This document shows positions 8,735-16,443 of a DNA stretch of 64,000 bases, piece by piece. The notes beneath the pieces are model-generated. The model was not told the DNA's origin. It worked only from the letters and a program-made list of their open reading frames with translations, and searched no databases. The position numbers and the translations under genes were made by a program. Every line of letters begins with the position of its first letter. The stretch's first letter is position 1. This stretch comes from Elusimicrobiota bacterium (lineage in GTDB: Bacteria > Elusimicrobiota > Elusimicrobia > UBA1565 > UBA9628). The stretch spans positions 1,450 to 65,449 of the forward strand of contig DATNGC010000060.1 in NCBI GenBank assembly GCA_035606075.1. The letters run 5' to 3'.

Positions 8735-9919
8735 TTACCGGGCGCCGGCCGCGATGGCGTCGAGCAGCGCGTAGAGGTCCTTCATGAATTGCTCGACGAC
8801 GGGCGGCGAGGGCGTCCCCGAGGCGGGCAGAGCCGTGGCGAACGGCTGCACGTCGGCCAGCGACGGCACGCCGTAGGTCTCGCATTTCGAGCAATCGTAG
8901 CCGGCTCCGCTGGGCACGCACTTGGCGGCCTGGACCACCTTCTGGAGCCCGGCGGCGGCGCCGGCGGCGCCCTCGTCCGCCGGGATCGCAGTGATCCGCC
9001 CGGCGATGGTCGCCAGGCTCGCGGCGTATTGCTGCTGGCGCGTCTGCAGGGATTGGATCCTCGCCTGGACGCCGGAGATGTTCGCCGTCGCTTGGCCGAA
9101 GACGGGCGAGCCGGAAGCCTTGGAACAGTCGTAGGAGCCGGGGGTCGTCGAGGTGCAGAGCAGGGCGCTCGCGACGTTGGCCAGGACGCCGGCGAGCATG
9201 GCTCGCTGGCCGGTCGCGCCGATGGCGGCGATCTGGGCGGAGACCTTGCCCAGCTGCGAGGCGATGTCCGCCTCCTGCGCGGCCATCTGCCTGTCGGGTC
9301 CGGCGACGATGGCGTCGGAGATCTTCTGGGCTTGCGCCGCGGCGGCATCGAGGGCGCCGGGCTTGGCCGAGGAACAGTCGACGCCGCCGGCCGCGGCGCT
9401 GCAGTTGACCTGGGCCAGAAGGGCGTTGAAGCTCTTCGTGTAAGGCGCTTGGGCGGACGCGGGCTGGATCTGCGAAATCGAAGTCTGGAGGGCGACGAGC
9501 GCGGCGGCCAGCTGCTGTTCCTTGGCCTGGGCGGCGGCCTGGGCTTTGGCTTGGGCCTGGGCCTTGGCCTGGGCGACGGCCTGGGCCCTGGCCTCCGCCT
9601 GGGCGGCCTTGATGGCCTGGCGCCAGTCGGCACGGAGCTCGGAGAGAGCGTCGATGCCGTCGTTGAGAGCGTCGTCGGACGTCTTCTCGCAGGAGACCTT
9701 CGACGCCGCGAGGAGACACTTGTGGGCGGTCAGGAGGGCGGCGAGCTTCTGGTTGTAGGACTGACGGACGTCCGCGGTGACGGACGGGGAGAGCGACGGG
9801 GTATTGATCGCGAGGTTCAAGCCTTCCGCCTCGCCCTTGAATTTCTGCATGGGGGTGGCGGCGAGGGCGGGGACGGAGAGCAGCAGGACGATGAGGGTCG
9901 TGTATTTCTTGGCGATCAT
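8735..9919 (-). CDS. Secreted Cys-loop helical repeat protein (paralogue of 9923..12178)
   Basis: Signal peptide MIAKKYTTLIVLLLSVPALAA. Repeated loops are KCLLAASKVSCEK, NCSAAAGGVDCSS, LCTSTTPGSYDCSK and KCVPSGAGYDCSK, separated by Ala/Gln-rich helical spacers. Confidence 0.65.
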   Translation of the reverse strand: MIAKKYTTLIVLLLSVPALAATPMQKFKGEAEGLNLAINTPSLSPSVTADVRQSYNQKLAALLTAHKCLLAASKVSCEKTSDDALNDGIDALSELRADWRQAIKAAQAEARAQAVAQAKAQAQAKAQAAAQAKEQQLAAALVALQTSISQIQPASAQAPYTKSFNALLAQVNCSAAAGGVDCSSAKPGALDAAAAQAQKISDAIVAGPDRQMAAQEADIASQLGKVSAQIAAIGATGQRAMLAGVLANVASALLCTSTTPGSYDCSKASGSPVFGQATANISGVQARIQSLQTRQQQYAASLATIAGRITAIPADEGAAGAAAGLQKVVQAAKCVPSGAGYDCSKCETYGVPSLADVQPFATALPASGTPSPPVVEQFMKDLYALLDAIAAGAR

Positions 9920-9922
9920 CTT

Positions 9923-12178
9923 TTAGTGCTGGCGCGCCTGGAGGAGCCACATGTTGATCTGGGTCTGGATCTGCGACATCAGGATGGCGGCCTGGGCGCT
10001 CGGGGCGGGGCCGAACGAGCCGGACGTCTTCGTCGGGGCCACGCCGTCGGCGATCGAGCCGATGCCCTGGCTGAGGAGATCGCCGCCCATGGCGTTGACG
10101 ACCTTCTGGCCGTTGGTCACGGCCTGCTGCGGCGCGGGCCCGGTGTCCTGGCTCTCGATCTGGTCGCGCAGGGCGGACACGCGGGCGTACAGCTGGGTCT
10201 TCTGCTGGTCCGTGATCGCGGCGCCGTCGATCATCTTGTCGGTGTTGGCGAGGACCGCGATGGCCTGATCCATGCTGGCCGCGATCTTGGGATTGTTGGC
10301 CGCGGCGCGGCTCGCGCCGCCCGCGATCTGTGCCTGGGTCTTCGACTGCAGGGCGTTGAGGTCGGACGCGAGGCGGCCGATCTGAGCCGCGGTGGCCCTC
10401 GAGCAGTCGACGGCGACGAGGGAGGCGGAACAGCCCGCCTTGGTCAGCGCGTTCGTCCAATCCGTGGAGAACTGATTGCGCACGGTCGCCGGGCTCAACT
10501 GCCAACCCAGCTTCAGCAAGGCCAAGGCGGCGGTCGCCTGGGCCGTGTGGGAGGCCGGGTCGCCGTCGGTTCCGGCGGTCTGAAAGACGGTCGTTTTCAA
10601 GGCGGTCGCGTCGGGGTTGGCCTTCTGGTACTGATTGTACGTCGTCTTGGAGCACTCGTAGCCGGAGCCCCTGGCGGTACAGCCGGCCTCGGCGACGACG
10701 GCGTTGAGCTTGGCGGTCTGAGCGCTGAGATGGTCCGGGTTGGCGATGCTCCTGATGATCGGCGGCAGAGAGGAGAGAATGTCGGCGAGAATCTGCTGGG
10801 ACTGGGAATCCATTCTGTTGACGTCGGGCTGGTTCAACTGGGCGAGCATGCCCTGGACGTTCCCGAGATCGTCCGTCAGGGAGGAGGAATCGGGAGCCTT
10901 GCTGCAGTCCCACGCGCCGCTCACCTGCGCGCAGCCGTCTCCCTTGAGGGTGTCGCCGAGCCTCTGGGTGAAACCGGCGCGGGGGCCGGGATTCTGGAGC
11001 GCGGCGATCGCGGCGACGACCTTGTTGGCCGCGTCGGCGAGCTGGGCCTTCGTTTTCGTCTGGGGATCGCCGGCGATGACGGCGGCGATCGAGCTGTTCG
11101 CGGCGCCCAGCAAGGACTGCATGCTGCCGATCTCGGGCTGGAGCATTTCCGTCTTCACGGCGGTCTTGGAGCAATCCCAAACGCCGCCCGCCGACGTGCA
11201 GGCGTTCGCGCTGGTGAACGAGTTGAAGGTCTGGCTGAACTGGCTCCGGTCGTTCGGGTAGCGCACGTTGGGAAGGACGGCCGCGACCTGGTTGACGGCC
11301 TGGTTGAGCTGCTTCAGGAGGTCGGGACGGGGGTTGTTGGTCTGGGCGGTGACGGTCGCCAGGAAGGTCGAGAGCCACGCGGCCTCCTTGTCCGCCTTGT
11401 CGGCGGTCACCAAGGACTGGGAGCAGTCGTAGGCGCCGGAGGCCATCTGGCAGCCGTCGCCGCCGCGTCCGATCCTCTGGTCCAACTGCTGGAAAAAGTT
11501 GTTCTGGTCCTGGGACGACAGCACCTTCTTGATCGCGGCGAAGGCCTGATTGGCGGCATGGGCGAGGGCGGTGATGCGGGCGGGCCGGGTGTTCGACGAG
11601 TTGTCAGCGGTCACCGCGTCGAGAAGGGTCTTGAGCTTCTCGATCTCGGGGTCAATCTGCGGGCCGGTGAGCGTGGTATGGACGCAGTTGTAGACGTTGC
11701 CGGCGTTCGTGCAGCGGACCTTCGCGGCCTCGTCGTGGAGCTGGTTGGTGAAGTTGGTCCGGGCGAGGTTATCCTTCACGTTGGGGATGGCGGCGCCCAC
11801 CTTGCCGAACTCCGCGGCGAGGTTCTGCAGGACGGACAGGGCGCTCTGGGAGTTGGCGGTCGCCTTCGCGACGGCCTTCTGCTGGTCGACCAAGGTCTGC
11901 AGTTCGGCCACGTCGTCGCTGCCGGCGTCGAGGCTGTCGGCGTCGGCCGCGGCGCAGCTCACTTTGTTTCCCTGGAGGACGCACTTGGAGTCCTTCAGGG
12001 TGCGCTGGAGCTGGTTTTGGTACTTCGACTGAAAGGCGGGGGTGGTCTCGCCCACGGACTTGCTGTCGGTCATGGCCTTCGTGAGGGCGTTGGTGAACTT
12101 CGTCACGGCCGCGGGGCTGACGGCGGCGGCGGCGGGAAGGGCGGCGGACAGCAGCGCGAGGAGGGCGAGGTTTTTCAT
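9923..12178 (-). CDS. Secreted Cys-loop helical repeat protein, about 8 modules
   Basis: Signal peptide MKNLALLALLSAALPAAAA. The recurring C-x6-8-C loop appears as CQMASGAYDCSQ, CTSAGGVWDCSK, CAQVSGAWDCSK, CTARGSGYECSK and CSASLVAVDCSR, about every 70-80 aa. It ends 4 nt upstream of the start of 8735..9919. Confidence 0.7.
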   Translation of the reverse strand: MKNLALLALLSAALPAAAAVSPAAVTKFTNALTKAMTDSKSVGETTPAFQSKYQNQLQRTLKDSKCVLQGNKVSCAAADADSLDAGSDDVAELQTLVDQQKAVAKATANSQSALSVLQNLAAEFGKVGAAIPNVKDNLARTNFTNQLHDEAAKVRCTNAGNVYNCVHTTLTGPQIDPEIEKLKTLLDAVTADNSSNTRPARITALAHAANQAFAAIKKVLSSQDQNNFFQQLDQRIGRGGDGCQMASGAYDCSQSLVTADKADKEAAWLSTFLATVTAQTNNPRPDLLKQLNQAVNQVAAVLPNVRYPNDRSQFSQTFNSFTSANACTSAGGVWDCSKTAVKTEMLQPEIGSMQSLLGAANSSIAAVIAGDPQTKTKAQLADAANKVVAAIAALQNPGPRAGFTQRLGDTLKGDGCAQVSGAWDCSKAPDSSSLTDDLGNVQGMLAQLNQPDVNRMDSQSQQILADILSSLPPIIRSIANPDHLSAQTAKLNAVVAEAGCTARGSGYECSKTTYNQYQKANPDATALKTTVFQTAGTDGDPASHTAQATAALALLKLGWQLSPATVRNQFSTDWTNALTKAGCSASLVAVDCSRATAAQIGRLASDLNALQSKTQAQIAGGASRAAANNPKIAASMDQAIAVLANTDKMIDGAAITDQQKTQLYARVSALRDQIESQDTGPAPQQAVTNGQKVVNAMGGDLLSQGIGSIADGVAPTKTSGSFGPAPSAQAAILMSQIQTQINMWLLQARQH

Positions 12179-12224
12179 GGCTGCGATGTTATCGCATTTC
12201 TATGACATCCGGACAGCACTTCTG

Positions 12225-12350
12225 CTATGCCGAGAGGGCCAGCATGACGGCAAATCCCGCGAACAGGGCTCCGGCGGCGCGGTCGAAGGTCTTCCTCACC
12301 GCTGGGCGCGACATGGCGGCGGCGACGAACAGTTTCCAGCGGTCGGGCAT
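12225..12350 (-). CDS. Possible 41-aa membrane micro-protein
   Basis: Not in the track (under 60 aa). My reverse-strand reading is MPDRWKLFVAAAMSRPAVRKTFDRAAGALFAGFAVMLALSA then stop. It fills the gap between 12355..12948 and 9923..12178. Confidence 0.25.
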   Translation of the reverse strand: MPDRWKLFVAAAMSRPAVRKTFDRAAGALFAGFAVMLALSA

Positions 12351-12354
12351 TCCG

Positions 12355-12948
12355 CTACTTGGGGGCGATGGCCTGGGCGATCTTCCGCTGCGAGGCCTGC
12401 AGGGAGTCGATCATGGAGTCGGCTTGGCGCTCGATCCTCTTGAAGTTCTTGGCGCCGGCCTCGGCCTTCACGGCTTGGGCGGACTCGATGAACTTGCGCA
12501 TGGGTTCCTGCAGGCGCTCGAGCTCTTGGGCGATCTTCCTCTTGTCGTCCTCGGTCAGGGCGATGGTGGCGGGCTGGGAGGCGACGGTGGCGCCGAGGGT
12601 TTTGACCTCCTCCTTCAACCGGTCCATCTTCTCTTGGAGGTCGCCCTGCGCTTGGCGGCGCTGTTGGATATTTTGGGCGCGGTCGGCGACGATCTTGGCG
12701 GAGGCTTCGGCTTTCTCGCGGGCTTCCTGCAGGGTGGTGGAGAACTCCTGCATGGCTTGGGCGAGGGCTTCGCCGGTTTGGGCGGCGCGGTTGAGGAGCT
12801 TGAGGGATTCGTCGAGGCCGTTGTCGGAGTCGAGTTTGGTGGAGGAGAGCTGGTCGGCGAGGGTGGAGAGGTCGGTGAATTCCTGGGCTAATGCAAGAGA
12901 AGCGCGGGCGAAGGGGGAGAGGGAGTCGGGGTGGATGGAGGGCATCAA
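12355..12948 (-). CDS. Coiled-coil protein, hypothetical (first gene of the Cys-loop operon)
   Basis: 197-aa ORF with no signal peptide. It is uniformly helical and charged (QEKMDRLKEEVKTLG, KRKIAQELERLQEPMRKFIESAQAVKAEAG). Confidence 0.55.
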   Translation of the reverse strand: MMPSIHPDSLSPFARASLALAQEFTDLSTLADQLSSTKLDSDNGLDESLKLLNRAAQTGEALAQAMQEFSTTLQEAREKAEASAKIVADRAQNIQQRRQAQGDLQEKMDRLKEEVKTLGATVASQPATIALTEDDKRKIAQELERLQEPMRKFIESAQAVKAEAGAKNFKRIERQADSMIDSLQASQRKIAQAIAPK

Positions 12949-13078
12949 GCTTTTTTACAAGAATACGGACGGCGATAGCAATGTACCGTTTATCTGCTAT
13001 TCCTTTACGGGGCGACACCCTGGCGGTCCTCCCATCCATTCCTTCATCCGGCGGTGTTCGGGATGGCTTTCATGGAAT

Positions 13079-14293
13079 TTAGCCGAGAATCTCGGAGACG
13101 GGCGCATCGGGGATGAGTCGCGTCAGAAACTCTCCGCAAGGCAAGCACGGAATTCCGTCTATGAGCATCCGGTCCTTGCCGCCGTAAAGAAGGCAAGCTT
13201 TCGCCTGGGGGTAGTCTTCGAGAAAGGCCTTCAGAGGGCGCACGTCCTTGGAGTGGACGCGGCGGGAAGACTTCACTTCGATCGCCAGGAACGTATCCTG
13301 CCCATAGACGATGAAATCGACCTCGACTCCGGATTTGGTGCGCCAGAAGGAAAGCTCGCGATCTTTCTGTCCGTAGGCGATCCAGGCGCGCAGCTGCTGA
13401 GCGACCAGGCCTTCCAAAGAGGCGCCTGAAATTTCTTCCGGGGCGTCCAGCGGTCCCCTGGGCCGCAGCGATCGGAATATGCCCGCATCCATGTAATAGA
13501 ACTTCGGATGCTGAACGAGATGTCTTTTCGCTTTCCGCGTGAAGACTTTGAGCCTGAATCCGAGAAGAAGGTCTTCTAATATCTCGACGAATCCTTCCAC
13601 GGCTTTCCGTCCCGCTTGGCATTCCCGCGCCACCTCCGACGTGTTGAGCAGCGAGGCATGGGAAAAGCTCATGGCTTCCAGGAACCGGGCGAAACTCCCG
13701 ATGTTGCGGACCAAGCCTTCTGCCTGAACCTCCTCCCGGAGGTAGAGCGAGACGTAGGACTTGAGCGTCTCCTCCGGTTCCTTGGCCGCCAGCACGAGGG
13801 GAAGTAGCCCCAATCGCAGGCTTTGCTCAAGATTGAAGTGGCTTCCAAGCTCGGCGGCTAGAAACGGGTGCAAGGTTTTGAAAAGCACGCGGCCCGCGAG
13901 GAGATTCACTCCCGTGCGCCGAAGCCTGCGGCTGCTGGAGCCCGTCAGGATGAACTGCACGGGACGGCGGGACTTTCCCTCGATCAACTGGTGAATGACG
14001 TCCAAGAGCGCTGGAATCTTCTGGATCTCATCGATGACGAATTGGGAGATTTTGGGGTTGCCCTCGACCAGGGCGCGCAACTGCTCCGGGTGGCTCACGT
14101 AAGTGCGGTAGGAGTCCGGATCGAGGAGATCCACGAACAGGCCGTGGGGGAATTTCTCCTTCAGCAGGGTGGATTTGCCCGTTCCCCTGGGGCCAAAGAG
14201 GAAAAAGCTGTCGGGGGGTGATTTGAAAAATCGCTTAACAGTATCCATAAACGCTTCCTTTTTGGAGGTAGTGGGGTAATTATATATCGCCAA
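13079..14293 (-). CDS. AAA ATPase with C-terminal DUF4143-type (restriction-endonuclease-like) domain
   Basis: Walker A FLFGPRGTGKSTLL and Walker B QFVIDEIQK. The C-terminal EVDFIVYG..LAIEVKSS is typical of the AAA_14/DUF4143 family. Confidence 0.8.
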   Translation of the reverse strand: MAIYNYPTTSKKEAFMDTVKRFFKSPPDSFFLFGPRGTGKSTLLKEKFPHGLFVDLLDPDSYRTYVSHPEQLRALVEGNPKISQFVIDEIQKIPALLDVIHQLIEGKSRRPVQFILTGSSSRRLRRTGVNLLAGRVLFKTLHPFLAAELGSHFNLEQSLRLGLLPLVLAAKEPEETLKSYVSLYLREEVQAEGLVRNIGSFARFLEAMSFSHASLLNTSEVARECQAGRKAVEGFVEILEDLLLGFRLKVFTRKAKRHLVQHPKFYYMDAGIFRSLRPRGPLDAPEEISGASLEGLVAQQLRAWIAYGQKDRELSFWRTKSGVEVDFIVYGQDTFLAIEVKSSRRVHSKDVRPLKAFLEDYPQAKACLLYGGKDRMLIDGIPCLPCGEFLTRLIPDAPVSEILG

Positions 14294-14326
14294 GCCGCCA
14301 CTGTCAATCGGAGGCGTCTCGGACTC

Positions 14327-14749
14327 CTAACCCCATGTCGGTAACGCCGCGGCCATGGCTTGGGTCAAGCCAAACTTCTTGCGCCGCAGCTGGACGATGA
14401 TTCCGATGTCGGACGGGAGGTTGACGATAGTCCGGTCTGCGATATCGAGCGGTTGATGCTCACTTTTCATTTTGTTCCCGAGCGGAAGCCAGAGCGCCGC
14501 TTTGCTGATTTCGTAGAGCCTGGTTCTCTCGTTCAGCGGCGAATCTTTCCCGGCGAGTTTCAGTAGCTTGGCCATTATTTCTTCCGTCAAAGCGAGAGAC
14601 TCCAGAACGTCGCCGTCCTTCGTTCCGCGCACGTAATCGGTCTGCAGCAGGAGCGCCCCGCTTCCGATCACGCGCAGAGGGATTTTCTCTGCTTTCGCCG
14701 GAGTCCAAAGACGATCGATCTCGCGGAAGAATCCTTTGACGTCGCTCAT
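14327..14749 (-). CDS. Minimal nucleotidyltransferase-fold protein, C-terminally shorter paralogue of 24392..24985
   Basis: The pol-beta NTase motif hG[GS]x9-13DhD is present as RVIGSGALLLQTDYVRGTKDGDVLE. It aligns with IIGSAALMLQTEYERGTKDSDILE of the 197-aa paralogue. It overlaps the upstream XRE gene by 4 nt. Confidence 0.55.
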   Translation of the reverse strand: MSDVKGFFREIDRLWTPAKAEKIPLRVIGSGALLLQTDYVRGTKDGDVLESLALTEEIMAKLLKLAGKDSPLNERTRLYEISKAALWLPLGNKMKSEHQPLDIADRTIVNLPSDIGIIVQLRRKKFGLTQAMAAALPTWG

Positions 14750-15522
14750 CGTGCGGCCTCAAGGGCGCGGGCGAAATCGTCCACTTGGAATTCCGTGATG
14801 ATGCGCCATCGTTTGGAGATGTCGGAGCGGCTTTTGTGGACCGCGTCGAGGCTTTCCTGGCTGGTGATGCCGCCGTCCAGAAGATCCTCGGGCTCCTTCG
14901 CGTATTTCCGGAGGCTTTCGTGCTTCCAGGCGCTCAACACCGGCTCAAGCAGTATCTCCGCCTGCCTGTAAGCGAGAGTCCACTCGCGAGGAAGCTCTTT
15001 CTTCCGTTCGCGCCGGATGGCTTCCAGGGTATTCTCCAAGACCCAGCCAAGACGCCGTTCGAGCCCAGCTTCCGCCAACTGGGCTCGGAGCTTGTAGAGG
15101 TTGAGATTTCGGATGTTCTTGGCGATCACTGGGGCGATTCCCGTGATCTGCCGCGAGGAACCCGCCCCCACAAGAGTTTCGCGGATGGCGGAGAGGGCAT
15201 CTTTGACGGCGTCGCTCGGCAAAGTCTCCAACTCATAGAGATGGGAGGCTCCCAGGCGGGCTAGGGCGTTCTGCAGTTGATTCCCGTTCGAATCCTTTGT
15301 CTTCTTCTCGGCCGAGAAGTAATCGATCGGCACGTTGAAGTGAGTCAGGACGGCGAGCAATTGCTCGGCGGTAAAGGAGCCCTGGCCGCGCTCGAGTTCG
15401 GAGAGCCGGTTCTGCGATAGCTCGAGAAGTTTCGCCAGCGCCGCTTGCGTCCAGCGCCGTTCTTGACGCAAATGGCGAATCTTCTGGGAGATTGCAACCC
15501 TGTCGTGGTTGATAGTCGTCAT
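14746..15522 (-). CDS. XRE-family HTH protein with a C-terminal domain of about 190 aa and unknown function
   Basis: The N-terminal IRHLRQERRWTQAALAKLLELSQNRLSELERGQ is a Cro/C1-type HTH. By my rough alignment it is about half identical over its full length to 24969..25766. Confidence 0.75.
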   Translation of the reverse strand: MTTINHDRVAISQKIRHLRQERRWTQAALAKLLELSQNRLSELERGQGSFTAEQLLAVLTHFNVPIDYFSAEKKTKDSNGNQLQNALARLGASHLYELETLPSDAVKDALSAIRETLVGAGSSRQITGIAPVIAKNIRNLNLYKLRAQLAEAGLERRLGWVLENTLEAIRRERKKELPREWTLAYRQAEILLEPVLSAWKHESLRKYAKEPEDLLDGGITSQESLDAVHKSRSDISKRWRIITEFQVDDFARALEAAR

Positions 15523-15577
15523 ATCGGTCTATCGATTAAAGTATCGATATATCGATATTATAGGTTCTGCAATCGAT
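15523..15577. promoter_or_regulatory. Operator/promoter region with four ATCGAT palindromes
   Basis: ATCGAT occurs at 15531, 15543, 15551 and 15572, immediately upstream of the XRE start. The leader TCATATCGGT is shared with the paralogous locus at 25763-25772. Confidence 0.4.
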
Positions 15578-15744
15578 CTCGTCAAGGGGTCAATGGAGAT
15601 CAAGGCGGCGCTTCGCGAGCGGATTTCTACCGTTCGAGACAGGCGCCAAATCTAGGACTGGTGAGCCGGCATGCGTTTCGAGCGTAGCACACGCTCCTCT
15701 GGCCTGGCTCGTCCTGATTAGGGACCATATACCATCGGCAGGAC

Positions 15745-16443
15745 ATGACCATGCGCCCCAAGGAGAAGACCATCAGCTGGCGGAAGCGGAGTTCTTGGGT
15801 CGCCGTATTCGATGTCCTGGGCTTTAGCAACATGATGTCCGAGGCGGAGAAGGACTTTCCGCGCGCGCTTCTCACGAGCAAACTGGACGAGCTGATTCAG
15901 TCCCTGGACTCGGAGGAGAAGCGGCATGGGAAACTTGAGCACCTGATGTTCTCGGACACCCTGGTTCTCTTCGGGCCGACGTTCAAGAGCTACGCCTGGT
16001 TTCTTCTTCAGTGCAAGAATCTGATCAAGGACTCGATCAGGCTTCGCCTTCCTTTGCGTGGGGCTATCAGCTACGGAACCACCTTCTCCGCATCGAGGCA
16101 GCGCATGGTGATCGGGCAGCCGTTCCTGGACGCCTACCGCTATTGCGAAGATCAGAACTGGGTCGGGCTTCTCCTGACGCCACTCGCGGTCAAGACCGTG
16201 AGAGACAATGGCTTGGAGCCCCTTCGCCACGACTTTGTAGAAGGGCCCATCCCGCTAAGGGCTCAGCCGTCGGATGGGGCATTGGCCTACCGGTTTCAGA
16301 ACGGCCAGAGTTCCTTCGACAATCCCCTAATCCCTTGGCTCGAGGAGATGCAGCAATTTGCACCGGAGAACGCGAAGGGAAAGTTCACGCTGACCATCGA
16401 CCACATCAGAAGGCACCACCAAGGGCTTATACGGGGAGAGTAG
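15745..16443 (+). CDS. Minimal nucleotide cyclase / palm-domain protein (class III cyclase, GGDEF or mCpol-like)
   Basis: Three motifs in the order expected for the cyclase/polymerase palm fold: VAVFDVLGFSNMM, MFSDTLVLFG and LPLRGAISYGT. It is 232 aa with no other domain. Confidence 0.5.
   Translation: MTMRPKEKTISWRKRSSWVAVFDVLGFSNMMSEAEKDFPRALLTSKLDELIQSLDSEEKRHGKLEHLMFSDTLVLFGPTFKSYAWFLLQCKNLIKDSIRLRLPLRGAISYGTTFSASRQRMVIGQPFLDAYRYCEDQNWVGLLLTPLAVKTVRDNGLEPLRHDFVEGPIPLRAQPSDGALAYRFQNGQSSFDNPLIPWLEEMQQFAPENAKGKFTLTIDHIRRHHQGLIRGE

Noticed and set aside
8678-12205. The longest ORF in the track: 1175 aa on the plus strand.
   Set aside because: It is antisense to the two well-supported secreted-protein genes (8735..9919 and 9923..12178). 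Its composition is Gly/Arg/Leu/Asp-rich with no motifs. It is a typical high-GC shadow ORF.
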